NCBI GenBank assembly: GCA_001949185.1
Contig: BDGG01000003.1
Span: 2,235,663 to 2,299,662, forward strand
Direction of reading: 5' to 3'
Source: Ramazzottius varieornatus
Lineage: Eukaryota > Animalia > Tardigrada
DNA length: 64,000 bases
Part shown: piece after piece, positions 24,145 to 37,050 of the stretch
How the letters are laid out: the number at the start of each line of letters is the position of its first letter
Numbering within the stretch: position 1 is the stretch's first letter
Notes under the pieces: generated by a model
Database searches by the model: none
Seen by the model: the letters and a program-made list of their open reading frames with translations, nothing else
Told to the model about the DNA's origin: nothing
Position numbers and translations under genes: made by a program

Positions 24145-24772
24145 TAGTGCTGGCAACGATACGGAATACCGATATCGCATCGAAATATATCGAATCTTAG
24201 CGGTAAGATATCCAGCAGATATCGTATCGAAGGTATCGATACGAAACTCATATCGAACAACGCAAAAAATATTCGGCCATATCGTGTCGAGCAATATCGA
24301 TATATTCTTGATATATCGGTATTTTGGTGAATAGCAAACTCGACAATGATATCACGTTTACGAAAGACTATGGTTGATTTCAAAGCCTTGATTTTGTTAT
24401 GGTATGCCCAGCAGGCGAGCACACTCCGCCCATTCGATCTTGCTACTAATTCTATCCAGACTTCCATGTATTTGAAGTCTTTCTATGGTCACACCTTTGC
24501 TATATCCGACGCTTTCGATCTCATCAACACTTTATGTGGAAATCGGCTTCTTGAGTTCTTATGCTTGGACCAGCGGATTTCCGAAAAAAATTCAGATTGC
24601 AGAAATATGGATATATCGCTGCGATGCAATACGATAAATCGAAAACACGGTATCGAAAAAATATCGTTTCGAAATATCGATACCGAATAAAAGTCGAAGA
24701 CCGCGATAAATATCCGCCGATATTTTATCGAAAAATGTCGTATCGAATCTCATTGTACTTTTTCCAGCAGTG
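24145..24772. mobile_element. Non-autonomous hAT-type element (628 bp) with 8-bp TSD ATCGTGGT
   Basis: ATCGTGGT at 24137-24144 and 24773-24780; short imperfect TIR TAGTGCTGG / CCAGCAGTG; both subterminal regions densely packed with ATCGA/GATATC motifs. Confidence 0.82.
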
Positions 24773-25474
24773 ATCGTGGTCCTTGGCAGGGGATGTCTTC
24801 GTTGAAGAACTCGGTCTGTATGATTTCGCGGTTTTTCGGAGAGAAGTTTTCAAAATTGATATCCCTGGCCTTTGACGGAATTTCTCGCTTCTTCTTTTCG
24901 CAAACAATAGTAGATACAATAGCCTTCTTCACAAAATTTTGGAAACTGAGCCGTGCGCATGTGAGGTATTGTACGAGAATATTCTGCGATCGCAAATTTT
25001 CAAAAGTTACCTCCACCTGGAATTCTATTTTGTGGCCCCACAAAGACAGCTAGAAATTCAGACACTGCGCGGTAAATAAAACACGGTAAACAAAACTTCA
25101 ACGAAGACGATATCGAACGATCGTTTCAGTATAGGCAAGAACAGTTTACTCCATAAGATAACCACGTGGGAGAAGACGCTTCGAAAAGCTAATATCGGAC
25201 AAAACTAAACTACCTGCCCTCCAAGCCGGACGAAAGCAAACTTTCTGAACTTGAAAAGTGGGAAGTAAATACATTGGTGTACTCCCCAAGAGCTCTAGTT
25301 CTTGTTTTCCTTCAGAAGTGATAGAGGAGAAAACTGGGAAATTCTCACCTCACTAAAGTGGCGCACGTCGACAACCGCAACTTTCCACCCTGTTTTGCAC
25401 AACAGTCCGTTTCCAAATTCTCATAGCATATCTTTCAAGTTGTTTTTCCTGCAGTTAACAGACTATCTCAAGTA

Positions 25475-28344
25475 CGAGGAGCGAGGCTTTACTTCGCTTG
25501 CGTGAATACTTCGCCCAGTCAAGTTCTGCAGGTGGCAATGTTGGCTGCCAAGCTCGGTCAAAATCAGCTGATCGCGTTGACCGCCATGAGGCGACCGAGG
25601 AAGAGTGGGCAAAGTTTCGGCCGTTCTGATTTTCCTTAGGAATCAAGGCAGATGCCAATGTACACTTACTGGGTGCACACTTTATTTCTACTTTCGGTGT
25701 CAGATATGCAATGCTGCGACTGATTGTTGTCTTAAGTAGCGTATATTTCAGTTTAATTGGACAAAAGCGTGCGTCACTTGGGAAAACGATCTTGTCGAGT
25801 TTCAACATGCGCACGTTTCTAGCAATAGTTACTGGTAGCGTGCACCACTTGGGAAAACGATCATGTGGAGTTGGTTTGCCGAGTCCTTAAGGTTACGTTT
25901 CGCGAAAAGGCAAAACGTTATAGCGGCTAAGCAGAATTCTCTTTACAAGGAATAACGTTCAAATGCCATTTAAGTCTTCTTAGCTATCGACTTTACAGCA
26001 GGGACTCTAGGTTTAGCTTTTGGTAATGGAATTATCTTGGCCTTTGTTTTTGAAGCCGGTGCTGAAGGCTTCTTTCTGGAAGCTGGGGTGGTCTGAGCTC
26101 GTGCCGTGGCCCGCTTTGCTTTGGTCTTCGAAGGGTATCCTTCAGGAATCTCCACCGAAGATTCGATGTTCGACTGGGGTGCGGTTACGTCACGTGCTAT
26201 CTCTGCAGCCACCTGCTTAACCGTCTCTCTCTGTCGCTTTGGCGAAGCTTGACAAGGGTATCCTTGGTCACTGAGGCTTTAATCTTCGCTGTCTGTCGCG
26301 CTTTCCTCTACCGCCTCGATGTTTCGCTTTTGGTTTCTCAAACCTTTGGCTTTCTCTTTGCTCTTTTCTATCGCGGCTTTCTTTGTGCTGATATACTTAC
26401 TCTCAGTAAGGATTCTTCCATTGAAAACATCTAAACGGGAATCTTTTTCTCGACGTTTCTTTTGAGGAGCACTCCGGATCAAGTTCTTGTGGAATTCTAG
26501 AGCGACGACTGAGTACACCGACTCGCCTGTCACTATCTTTCTGATTTCAAACAGGCAGCTGGTAGTCCTGTCTTCTGTTAGACCAATCTTTTCGCGAAGA
26601 ATCTTGGCGATGTCGGCAAAATGCTGTTCACTTTCGAACTCCGTTTCTTCAACGACTTCCAATAGCGGATTCACCGTGCCTCTCAGCAGCTCAGCATTCT
26701 CCATCGTGGAATAGAACGTTCTGTCAGAGATAAAAAACTTACATGGTTAACCTTGGTGCCACTCATAAAAAATGGAAGAAGTTTGTTGGGACCAGCATTT
26801 CAGACAACGAATACCTTGGCGCACGTCATAGCCGTCAGGATTTTTTCTCCAAAAATTCTGTTAAGACATCTGTGTCCATCACCCCCGATGAATTTGTGCC
26901 CAAATGGCAAGCGTCGTGTGCGTCCCGGAATGAGATTCAATATGCATTTTCCCCTTGTAGAGAATCAGCGGCAGAGGCATCTTCCCAGCCGCGTTCTCCA
27001 TAGCCATAAGGATGATATTTTCCCGATCGGTTTTGGTCTCCTTCACGTAGCCGACCGCTTCTTTCACATCCCTCTCTGTGTAGACTATGCCGTAGAGCTC
27101 CGCCAACCTAAATCCTGATTCATCCAAATTCCAAATTCCTTCAGCATCAACAAGAAATCCATCGATACTCAGCTTCTGCAGGAGTAAAATCCATTCTTTG
27201 CAGCGCCTAAACGTCCATTCTCTTGACTTCTTGAAGCTCAATGCACTAAGTATCCGCAGAGAAATTTCCCGACTTCTCACAAGGAACTTTCGGTGCCATC
27301 GGTCGGTAAACTTAGCCCTGTTCATGCCTGGAAAAAAGCATACCATTGACAAGGGTATCCTTGGTGTGTGACCATTCGCAAGTTGATTGTTGGCGCATCT
27401 CATGTTTGATATCTGGCTGACACAAATTACCCGAAGGTTATCCTTCGTACGAGTACGAACCCAGGTGCAACAAGCCTTACCTTTTGCAAAAGCGATTTCC
27501 TTCACGATTCTAATGAGAGTATGTCTGCCGAGAGGAACCCCAATCTTGGAGCAACGGACGACGATTTCTCAAATTTCCGACTCTTCTTCAAGCGTGAAGG
27601 TATTGGGACGTCCGACCTTCTTGCCGTATTCTCCGTTCACTTTGTTTCCGAGGGGTCTGTGAGGTATATGATACATCTCGGCGGCCATCCTTATAGACAT
27701 TCCATCCTTGACTGCACTTATGGCAGCTTCCATGTTGGCATGAGCGCGTACATATTGCCGTCTCCAAAATTTCTCCGTGGATCGCAGGTGAGCAGGGACA
27801 GGAGGGTTGCCTTCGGAAGTCGTAGATGTTGTTGAAGGACAGCTCCGATCCATCATACAGACAAGGCAAACCTTGGACGGTAAAAGAACAAAAAGAAGGG
27901 TAGCCTTCCAGCAAGGAATAGTGCAAATGAAGATTGTATGAACAACGCGTTGTCGTTCGGAAGTGAGCAAAGTTTCCGCCGTTCCGATTTTGGATACAAA
28001 CGGTAGTTTTACGTCATCGTTCACCTTGGGCACACCCTTCAGCAACTCGTGGTTCAGCTCGGTCAGGCACACATGGGGTTTAGTTGGCTCGGCTTGCTGT
28101 GTCCTCTGCAGAAAGCGTGCTCCCTAATATCGAACGAAATTCCCGAACGACTTCCGCTATGGAAATTCTCCCGTTATGAGCTTCCATTCATTGCCATTTT
28201 CGATAAAATAGGTATGAAGCCATGTGTTCAAAGATACTTGTGAATTGCTTTGTGGTCTTAATAGCAGACGGTTAGTGAGAAAACCGTCAGTGGGCGAAGT
28301 ATGCGCCAGTTCGGCAAACGGGCGAAGTTGGGCCTCACTTCTCG
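25475..28344 (-). mobile_element. Decayed pogo/Fot1-like (HTH_psq + DDE_1) transposon, ~2.87 kb, degenerate TIRs, TA flanks
   Basis: Psq-type HTH (MEAAISAVKDGMSIRMAAEMYHIP), GRPNTFTLEEE, W..KFL.R, IWNLDESGF, NAAG.MPLPLILYKGK; premature stop at 27569-27571; ends CGAGGAGCGAGGC...ACTTCGC vs reverse complement CGAGAAGTGAGGC...ACTTCGC; TA at 25473-74 and 28345-46. Confidence 0.8.
25721..25871. repeat. Two tandem IR25 units (spacers 24 and 25 nt) inside the second transposon
   Basis: tgattgttgtcttaagtagcgtat-[24]-gtgcgtcacttgggaaaacgatcttgtcgag...atgcgcac-[25]-gtgcaccactttgggaaaacgatcatgtggag. Confidence 0.78.
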
Positions 28345-30364
28345 TACACGAACGACGAGAATATTATGGGCCAGTAAAAATTACGGGTCAGGCGGAAAAG
28401 ACGGCAAATTTACAGTTTGTGTGAAAGTCAGAAACAGAAATCGGAAAAATGACGTAACGTAGTAAAATTCAACCGTAGAAAATTGTCATGGACAGTGGCC
28501 ATCAGCTGATCAGCTGTTTTACTCTAACGCTTGAAATCTGCTGTCGACTTTGTTTCGAAGAAGCCTTGAAATGGTTTGAGCTGTTGAAGGTGTATGTGTT
28601 CCGGTAAAATGGGGATCCAACTGCTATGATAAATATGACAAGCTTTAGCTCTTCAGCCCAATATCCAGCACGTACGTACAGGAGTCCAGCGTTCGATGTT
28701 GGGTTTTACTCGTAGCAAGAATCCCTACCCGTGCCGCCGTAGCGAAAGGGCCTGGTCCGTAATATCCTGTCGTTCGTGTACTACAAAACTGTCCTATTAT
28801 TCTCGACTTCAAAGTGCCTGTTTCGCGCGAAAATTTTTTCCAAATGCTTGTGTTCGGAACCGAGTCTCGCTCCTTCCGATATTTTTGTTCTTTCCTGTTC
28901 TTATTGCATTGGCCAAACTTTGCTTCTAAAAAATGGAAAAGAGTCTGCTACACAGACAGGACATCAGCCAAGTCTTGGAAGTCTGTACACGCGCTCTGAA
29001 AATATGTTTGAAAGTCTTCTGTTGAAAACCGCAAAGTCATACTGACAGACCTGATAGCTTGATTCCCACGAGAACATACCAAATATACGTAGTTGGTATC
29101 GCAATGTCTTCATTGGCATGTATGTCGTCTTCTACCCGGAAGTGAAGTTATCACACTACTTACTCGGGTGTTTTTGCTTCTAGAATTTTTACAGTATCTT
29201 CCTTTGGCGTTCTTCATCCTGTTCGCCAAATGCCTGCAGTGCTAGGTCCTTGATTGTTGCGGCGGAGGATACTACAGTAAGTACGCTTCAGCTTGGTTGA
29301 GAAGGATGCACTCGGATCCATCGCCGCATCTGCACACGGAAAAGTGCAATAAGCTGGTGGCTAAACTTGTCCAGTGTCGCTTTGAGGTAAGAGCGGTATC
29401 CCTTCGAACTTTTACATCTTGCACGTATGTTTTGGCGACGGTTCTTTGCTGTACCTCTCTGCCGCAGAGATGTGAGAAAAACTCGATGTTATATACAAAG
29501 TACTGTCGGTGGTGAACCGCGACTTCCGGTCTGAAGATGGCTATATGAGCAGGTTGTTGTGTTGTAGCACCCATATGCAAAATTCATCGGATATTGCAAT
29601 GACATCGACTTCGCCATGACGAAATGCTTCAGAGAAGAGGTAGAACGAACGTAACGTTTTGTATTACACCTTTGTGGAAGTGCAGCTAAGCGTATCGGAA
29701 ATGACCGTGTCGGGATCTCTGCGGCGGTGTTTCGGGGAAACCGACTGACGCCCTTTTGCTTACAGAAAACATCGAAACGTTTGGAAAACAACAAACGAGC
29801 AACGGAGAGACTCCATAGAGTCATAGAGACAAGGGTAGCTAAAGGAACCGAAGTGAATGCTGTGCTGAAGTCGCTACCGGAAGAAACAACAGGCCAGACG
29901 AGTTAGGGGAAGAAAATTAATGTTAATACTGCTGCTTGCTGTGATACTGTACAGCTATACTACTGTGCAAATCCTATGGAACTGAGTCAGACCGACGGAG
30001 GAACTAGACATCCCTGACGGGACAAACTGGCTTTTTTTTCAGCATTCGAGATTTGCTCGGTGCTTCTAACGGCAATGCCATAGAGTTATTCATTACAATC
30101 TAGCTGCAAAAAAAGCTGCAAGCACAGAAAACTTCGACCTGAAAATCATTAAACACCGTCAAGGACCGTCATGCCCCAGAAAGTACCTTCCCAGGGTGGT
30201 GTAGAAAAGACGCTGGTGTACAAAAAGAGCTTCGAATGAATAAATAAACATCTAACACTTGAACGAAAGGTTGCGAAAGAAAACCGTGCGGAACCTTGAC
30301 CAGGTGCGAGGTACTATGCTTTAGAAATGGCGCAAGTTTACTCTATACACTATCAAGAAAACTT

Positions 30365-32632
30365 TCAGGAATGGTTCAACTCGGTCGCAACATCACCGGA
30401 TCCTCTTCCGGTTGAAACCACACCGTTCCCGTTACTGGTGATCTTTTTTTCAGGCGGAGACGTTATACCATCTCCATGTTCCGGAGTCACTTCAGTATCG
30501 GAGTATCCGTTGTCACTTTCTTCCGTATCACTACGCACATCTTCAGTCTGCAGGAAGAATATTCCGGGTTATCAATCAGTATACTTCAACTTTACAGAGC
30601 TACGCTGGAAATACCTCGCCAGTGGTCAGTGCACGGTATATCACTCTGATTATTGTGAAGGTCCAAAAGACATGAAGTATTTGTAAACTGCCCAAGAGAG
30701 CATTGTACAAATGGAATGCCGGAAAGCAGAGATCGCCCAGTGGGCAAGGAAACGAGTAGCTTAGTATTCTGTAGCAAAGACCTGTCATCAAAACTTCAAT
30801 AGAAAGGGACCTGGAAGCCAACTTACCGGTAAGGGTAGAGACCAAGGCGTGTGAAGATCCACACCGTTGCGAATATCGCAAATACTACGGCGGATAATCG
30901 AGTCTTCTTGGCGTAACGGGCAAGCTTGGCACCCTGCACACTCGAAAACAACAACATAACAATGGTCGGCTTCAGTCGTAGTGAATTATGCACCATTCCA
31001 CCTGAATCTGCCGTTTCTCTACGAAATACCTGTCAAGGCCGTGCTCGGCACAACCTTGACAGCCATTATCATAGGAAGAAAGGCCAGTCACTCTGCGATC
31101 AAAGTGATCGTTTAGTTTGGTATCAGAGAAAAAAGAACAAAACATAGAGAAAACAGAGACAGTCCAATCGATACTGTACCTCCAGCCAAAAGTCAACAGA
31201 GTCATGGATAATGAGGACCATAGAGCCGATCCGGATGGTGTTGTCCGTCCAGGAGAATACCATCAACGAGATGGTGACTATGTGATGGAGGAACATTTCC
31301 CAAAAATCCTGTCATCAAACAGAAACTGGCATGTTTATGCAAAGAACGGAATATCGATTTTGATCATCAAAAGAAAATGTTTTACATCACGTATTCAAAT
31401 CTTCGTCCATTCACGTACTTTCCTCTTTACATCGGTGAACTGGGAAATCAATAGGGACCAGTAGAAGCCCAGTTCGAGCATGTAGTACCACCACACGTCT
31501 GAGCTGACGGTCTACCAGAAAGCAATGCAAAAACAATTACATCCTCGCTTTGTTCCTCCCTATTAAAGTCGTTATGACGTTACTGTATACTCTTCCGAAA
31601 TTCACGTACGTCACTCCATTCAGAGTGTAAAACTAGACGGTAAGACCCCAATGATTTGAGAGTCAGTGACGTACGTGAATTTCGGGAGAGCATACAGTAC
31701 TTACTTGAAAAGGGTAGCCTTTCCAGTACGCATTCCCGTCAGTGAGCCATGGCTTCTGCAAAATGACACCGCACACTCATTCGGCACGAAGACCCAATCT
31801 TCATACTCGGAATAACATGGTAATGACGGCAACTTACATCCCAGAGGGCCCACAGACCGTAGAGGAAGATTGTGAGGTAAAATGTGAACCGCCACCTGGA
31901 ACAGAAATTAAAATAGACAAATAAATTTTAAAATTCATCAAATTTATTTATGAAAAATTCTCAAAACTTTTATTCTGTAATCCGGACCCACCCAGTTTCT
32001 TTGAACTTGTCTAGCTGCGTCAGCTGGCCTTTTCGGATGCCATTCCGGTGTCTGAACCATCGCAGGACTTGACGCTCCGACATATCACATCTTTTTGCGA
32101 GTGCCTGTGTGGAAATGAACAGCAAACATTGATCAAAGCACAAGACATGATTCTGAAAACGGCGTGTCAATACTTACGAGAATTTGCGCATCTGAAGGAT
32201 GCTTGGAGGCTTGAAATGCCGTCTCAAGTTGTGCATTGGACTTTGGAGGCTCAGGTCTGCGGTTCGGGATATTCAATGATTTGCCCAACGGCTCATAAAT
32301 GAACCTAGAATAAAACACAATCACAAAAGATATCCTAACAAGAGCGAAAGTAAATGATACATGAACATTTGTCAGCCCGACACTTCGCTTTATCACCTCT
32401 AGACACTTGAGATACGAGGAGATATAGGCCCATAAATGTCAAAGCGCACTTACTTTTCAACGAGCTGTCGGACAAGGAAGATGACGACAGCAAGAGGAAT
32501 GGGATACATTAGCGCGTAAAAGTCCGGGTAAGCTTTGGTGCTGGTGGACTTGAGATGCTCCCATGTGACGTTGGCCGGAAGCCAGAATTGCTCGCTCCAC
32601 AGCGCTTCCGAAAGACGTCGCATCCAATCCAT
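30365..32632 (-). CDS. Ceramide synthase paralogue A (homeobox-like + TLC/Lag1 domain; CerS5/6-schlank type), multi-exon
   Basis: [50 protein letters not shown], acidic tail [10 protein letters not shown]; stop TGA 30365-30367. Confidence 0.92.
31583..31697. mobile_element. Small MITE (115 bp) with TA flanks in a ceramide synthase A intron
   Basis: TIR CTGTATACTCTTCCGAAATTCACGTACGTCACT / AGTGACGTACGTGAATTTCGGGAGAGCATACAG (about 3 mismatches); TA at 31581-82 and 31698-99. Confidence 0.82.
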
Positions 32633-34162
32633 GACTGCTGCGTGAGGTGGCGGCCAATCGACTGCGATACTCTTCAGCGCCGTCTCAGCACGCAGCCGCT
32701 GATATCCAGCTTAACAAAGACTCCGTGTCACGACATGGCAAACAGAGCAGACTGCCAAGTGGTCGATTAGGCACTCCTGTCGTGGAAAAGCAGAAAGGAA
32801 TAAATCTCACTTACGTTCCAACTATTCGCACCGTCCAACGAGCGAAGATGTGTTTGATAAATTACATAATGATCCAACGAAACATACCTTAATGAACCAG
32901 CTACTATTTTCGCATCGGCTACGATCCGTCGTTGTTCAGACCTCGCTGCGAGAAAACAAGATACATACTAACATACGTTATCTGAAGAGAGCATCCGCAG
33001 ATATTAACGAGACTTGGTAAGAAATTCGCAGGTAGTTTGACATCGTTTACTTGACACATACCGTGAGAGGATCAGCTTCTCTCTGTGGATATATCCACCG
33101 CGCGCGATGGAGAGGCGAAAAACTGGAACGGAGGCTCTGAGCAACGGAAGGAAGGACGACGGCGCGAGTCAGATCTGTAAGGAAGAGAGACAACAACGTG
33201 TAGCACAGCGCTGATCCGAGGAAGCTGCGAATGCTTGGTGTCAGATTATGGCACTGTACCTGAGAGAGGCTGGGGTGAAGCCGCGCGAGGTGGAAGCAAT
33301 CTAACTCGTGCGGAACATAGGGAGGATGGAATCGATAAGTCTGTTCGATTTTATGGACCTGAGGAGGAAACCTGTTCGAAAACGGACGACGGCGCCAGAG
33401 TGCCACTGTACTAGACTGCAAGATGGCCATGAATATTCCGCTCAGTACCGGCGCTCACGTGACGTAAACCCCCAAATCCCTCTCGAATGTTGATTTCCCC
33501 CAGGGGAAGAAGTAATCAGTTCTATCTCCCCGAGGTTTGACCTTCAATTCTTGGCGAAGGTATTACAGTGAAATCTGTCCCTCGGGGCCTGCCAGTCTCC
33601 GAGATTGAAGACGTTATGATAGGCTGTTGCATCCCTCGGAGTGCACGGTGAAACAGTGGGCGAATCCCCAAAATAACGAAGTTGGCAAAATTTTCGGTTT
33701 ATGGCGACTGTCACTGACTGATGGAGCCTTCAACAAAACAATTGTTTTCTCACCAGGTAGCTCGTCCTACGCATTCAAGTGAATTATTTTCTTGGCGGAA
33801 ATTGTGAAGGAGACAAGGTATTACTGCTGGGTTCAGGAGCATATCTGCGGCGCGTCCTGGGCTGGTTTCGCAACTCGCGCCAAGACATTCGGACTTTGGA
33901 CCCTAGCTGCGCATCGTCATCCGGGCAGCCGCACCACTCATCTACCGACTTGGACTCACCATGATCTCCTGCCTGTTTGAACAGGCCAACTAACGGACTA
34001 ACTAGTAAGCTCAATATTTAATTATGGTGTGAACTACTTGATCGGTAGGTCTACACATCCCAACAGGGGACGGACAACAGCTGCACCTGTTTGGGAGGAT
34101 ATTCCAGCCAAGGAGTCATCGAAGAAAACATCTTCCAGCATACTTCTTATATTTCGGTCAAG

Positions 34163-36065
34163 ATGGATCTGATGTCTCGTCTGAGCAGCACCTTCTGGTC
34201 GGAGTGGTTCTGGTTGCCGCAGGGCTATAACTGGACTGTCTTCAAATCCACGGCCGACAAAAGCTATCCCGACTTCTTCTGGATCTACGTACCCATACCG
34301 TGCTCGTTACTTGTACTGCTGATACGCTTCCTCTTTGAAAGGTACGTTTGCTTCTAGGCGTAGGACTCTGCAGCAAAATATGTCTTATAAGGGAGTCTAT
34401 CTTGCAGGAATATCTGTGATCCCATCGGGCGCGCCATGCACATTCCCGAAAGGCGCGCGCGATCACCGCCCCCAAACCACACCTTAGAGTCTGCTTTCAA
34501 GAAGGTGAAGAAAGTACCTGATAACGCTCAAATGCAGGTATTGCAATGCTCGAATCAATTTCGAAATAACTATTGGTACCGAGATGAAGACTGGAATGAT
34601 TTTTGTGTTTTTTTAAGGCATTATCAAAGAAGGCCGAAATGAGCACCAGGCAGATCGAGCGATGGTTTCGACAGCGAAAGGCGTCGGAAAACCTCAGTCA
34701 ACTTCAGAAGTTCTCCGAAACAGGGTACGTTTGCTAATCGGGGAATGAGCTAATTCATTTAACGATAACCTGCGCTTGTACTTTTAGGTGGAGATTTTTC
34801 TATTACACTGTCATGTTTCTTTACGGCTTATGGACCGTTTCTTCGGTAAGATTCTTGCTGTCAAGTATGTGAGGCGCTTCGTCGTTGCTGACAGCACAGA
34901 CTGTTTACGAAGAGTCTATCAACTGTTTGAGTGCTTCTTTTCATTAACCATCTTGTTTTGTTCGTTACAGAAGCCGTGGTTTTACGATACGAAAGCCTGC
35001 TGGTATGACTATCCTTACCACGTAAGTCACCATAGCAGGAAGTCTTGTCCTTCCGCTCTTTTACGGAGACCTTTGCATCGTTCACTTTGCCTGTTTTTTT
35101 TATAGGAGATCGATCGCGACATGTTTTGGTACTATATGATCGAGCTGACCTTTTACTGGTCGCTGCTCATTTCACAGTTCTTTGACGTCAAGAGAAAGGT
35201 ACGACTGCTTCACCTACTGCTTCTTAGCCGGCTCTTGTGTTTGATATGCATGATATCTTTCGTATAGGACTTTGGGCAGATGTTTACGCATCACGTTGCT
35301 ACCATTCTTTTACTGTCGCTTTCGTGGGTGGATAATCTGGTTCGCATTGGGTCACTAGTTCTCCTGATCCACGATGTTGCTGATGTTTTTCTAGAAGTAA
35401 GACCGCACTTTCCTTATCCATATGTACACTTACACCACCTCTGAGTCCTGGATGCAGTATCCATTTTTTATTGCGTTTTTGCAGGGTGCCAAATTAGCTC
35501 GATATGCGAATAAGCCACGCATCTGCGACGCTCTGTTCGTCGTGTTCACCATCGTCTGGATAGTTTCCCGACTAATAATTTACCCTAGAGTGTAAGTGGA
35601 AATTCAAATGCTTCTCAGGAATATTCATACGAGGATAAATTGTTCCAACTCTCATAAACACTGAGAAAACTTTCATCGCATCGAACTCTTGCAGAGTCGT
35701 TTACACTGGGCTGTTCGAAGCCTGTCAAACAGTCGGCTTCTGCTTCCCGGTCTACTATGTCTTCAACTGCCTGTTGATATGTCTGCAAGTCCTGCACATC
35801 GTATGGACTTGGTACATTGTTCGTGTAGCAGTAAAAACGATCCAGACGGGAAAGGTATGATTTACATCCTGGTCGAATCAAAAATGCGTCTATTGAAAAA
35901 AAAAGGCGAATTCTTGCCTGTTTTCAGACCGACGATGCCCGCAGTGAGACCGACGAAGACGCGGATCTGATGGCCAGCGGAGATCACATTATGGAAGAAG
36001 AGGAGCCAAAACAGCATTCTCCCACTGCACCGAGACGTTCCAACGGAACCGTGAAGTCGAGTTAG
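34163..36065 (+). CDS. Ceramide synthase paralogue B (homeobox-like + TLC/Lag1 domain), multi-exon
   Basis: FWSEWFWLPQGYNW, RQIERWFRQR, KFSETGW, YYMIELTFYWSLL.SQF.DVKRKDF.QMF.HH, IHDVADVFLE, DDARSETDED; stop TAG 36063-36065. Confidence 0.92.
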
Positions 36066-36287
36066 TGGAGTGTTATTGCTTCCTATCCAGTGAGACCTTC
36101 CATTCAGCTTTGACTAATTTTTATTTGTTATTTCCATGTTTCTAATTTTATTTTATCAACTGTTACGTTTTATGACTACAGGTTTCGAGAATACGTGGGT
36201 TTGTGTTTTATTCCTGTTAATATACTTCTGTCGCATTCAATTGACGAAATATGGACTAAACGTCGTGGAGTTACCGCACAGGCAAAA

Positions 36288-37050
36288 TTAGCGGAGAATA
36301 TCCGAGATAGAAAATCCTGTCTTGATCGATTCCGCGGACTTCCTCATCGTCTCTTTGTCTTTAGGAGTAAAGTTCTTTCTGGTTTTGACCACTGCGGTTG
36401 ATTCGGAATTTTTTGCCATTTTTCGCTGTGCTTTTCGAAGAATTCGGTTGATGGAGCTAACGCTGGGCAAAGCATCTTTCCCACAGAGTCCGTCGTAGTA
36501 CAGCTTTTCTCGAATTTCCCAGGCGAACAATGTGGGATGCTTCCTCTTGTATTCCACTATCTTATCAATAATCGACGGAGTGGTTACCCGAGGCTTTGAT
36601 CCTCCGATGCAACCAGGAAGTATCGTTCCGGTTTCAAAGTACCTGCAACGTCACAAACTGAAAGGAAGGCTCTAGCGAACTGCGGCCGCCTTCCGGACAT
36701 TTCCATACTCTGAAGTCTGGACCGTACTTAACATGGTTCCCAGGTATGCACGCTGAACGCCAGACGATCAAGTTAGTCCAACACCGCGCAATGCTTTTGA
36801 TGCCAACTAGGAATCCTCACACAGAGACAGGACAATACGATTGATGATTGTATCGCACTTACTTGGTCAATATTTTGCTCACGCATCCGTGAGATATTAG
36901 AAGTTGTCGAGAGATGTCGCAAGGCCGAAGTCCACAGATTGACAGGAACAAGATTTGCTGCCGCATCTGGACCGGAAGTGGTTTTCCGTTCAGGTACAGT
37001 CCTCCGAGCTGGTTCACCGATCTGTCCGCTGCTCTTTGCCTATCCATCAT
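36288..37050 (-). CDS. Paired-box transcription factor (paired domain + terminal octapeptide, no homeodomain); two coding exons
   Basis: VNQLGG.Y.NGKPLP...[22 protein letters not shown]|[19 protein letters not shown]...FAWEIR...[11 protein letters not shown]; ends FSISDILR*. Subfamily (Poxn, Pax-alpha or Pax1/9) not resolved. Confidence 0.9.

Noticed and set aside
26249-27365. Identical 20-mer TTGACAAGGGTATCCTTGGT at 26249 and 27346 inside the second transposon
   Set aside because: Real but isolated; no structure or function can be supported.
28700-29900. Possible decayed non-LTR retrotransposon 3' fragment (minus strand, CRCG..E..C-like cluster near 29330)
   Set aside because: Resemblance is too weak; no RT motifs, poly(A) tail or TSD.
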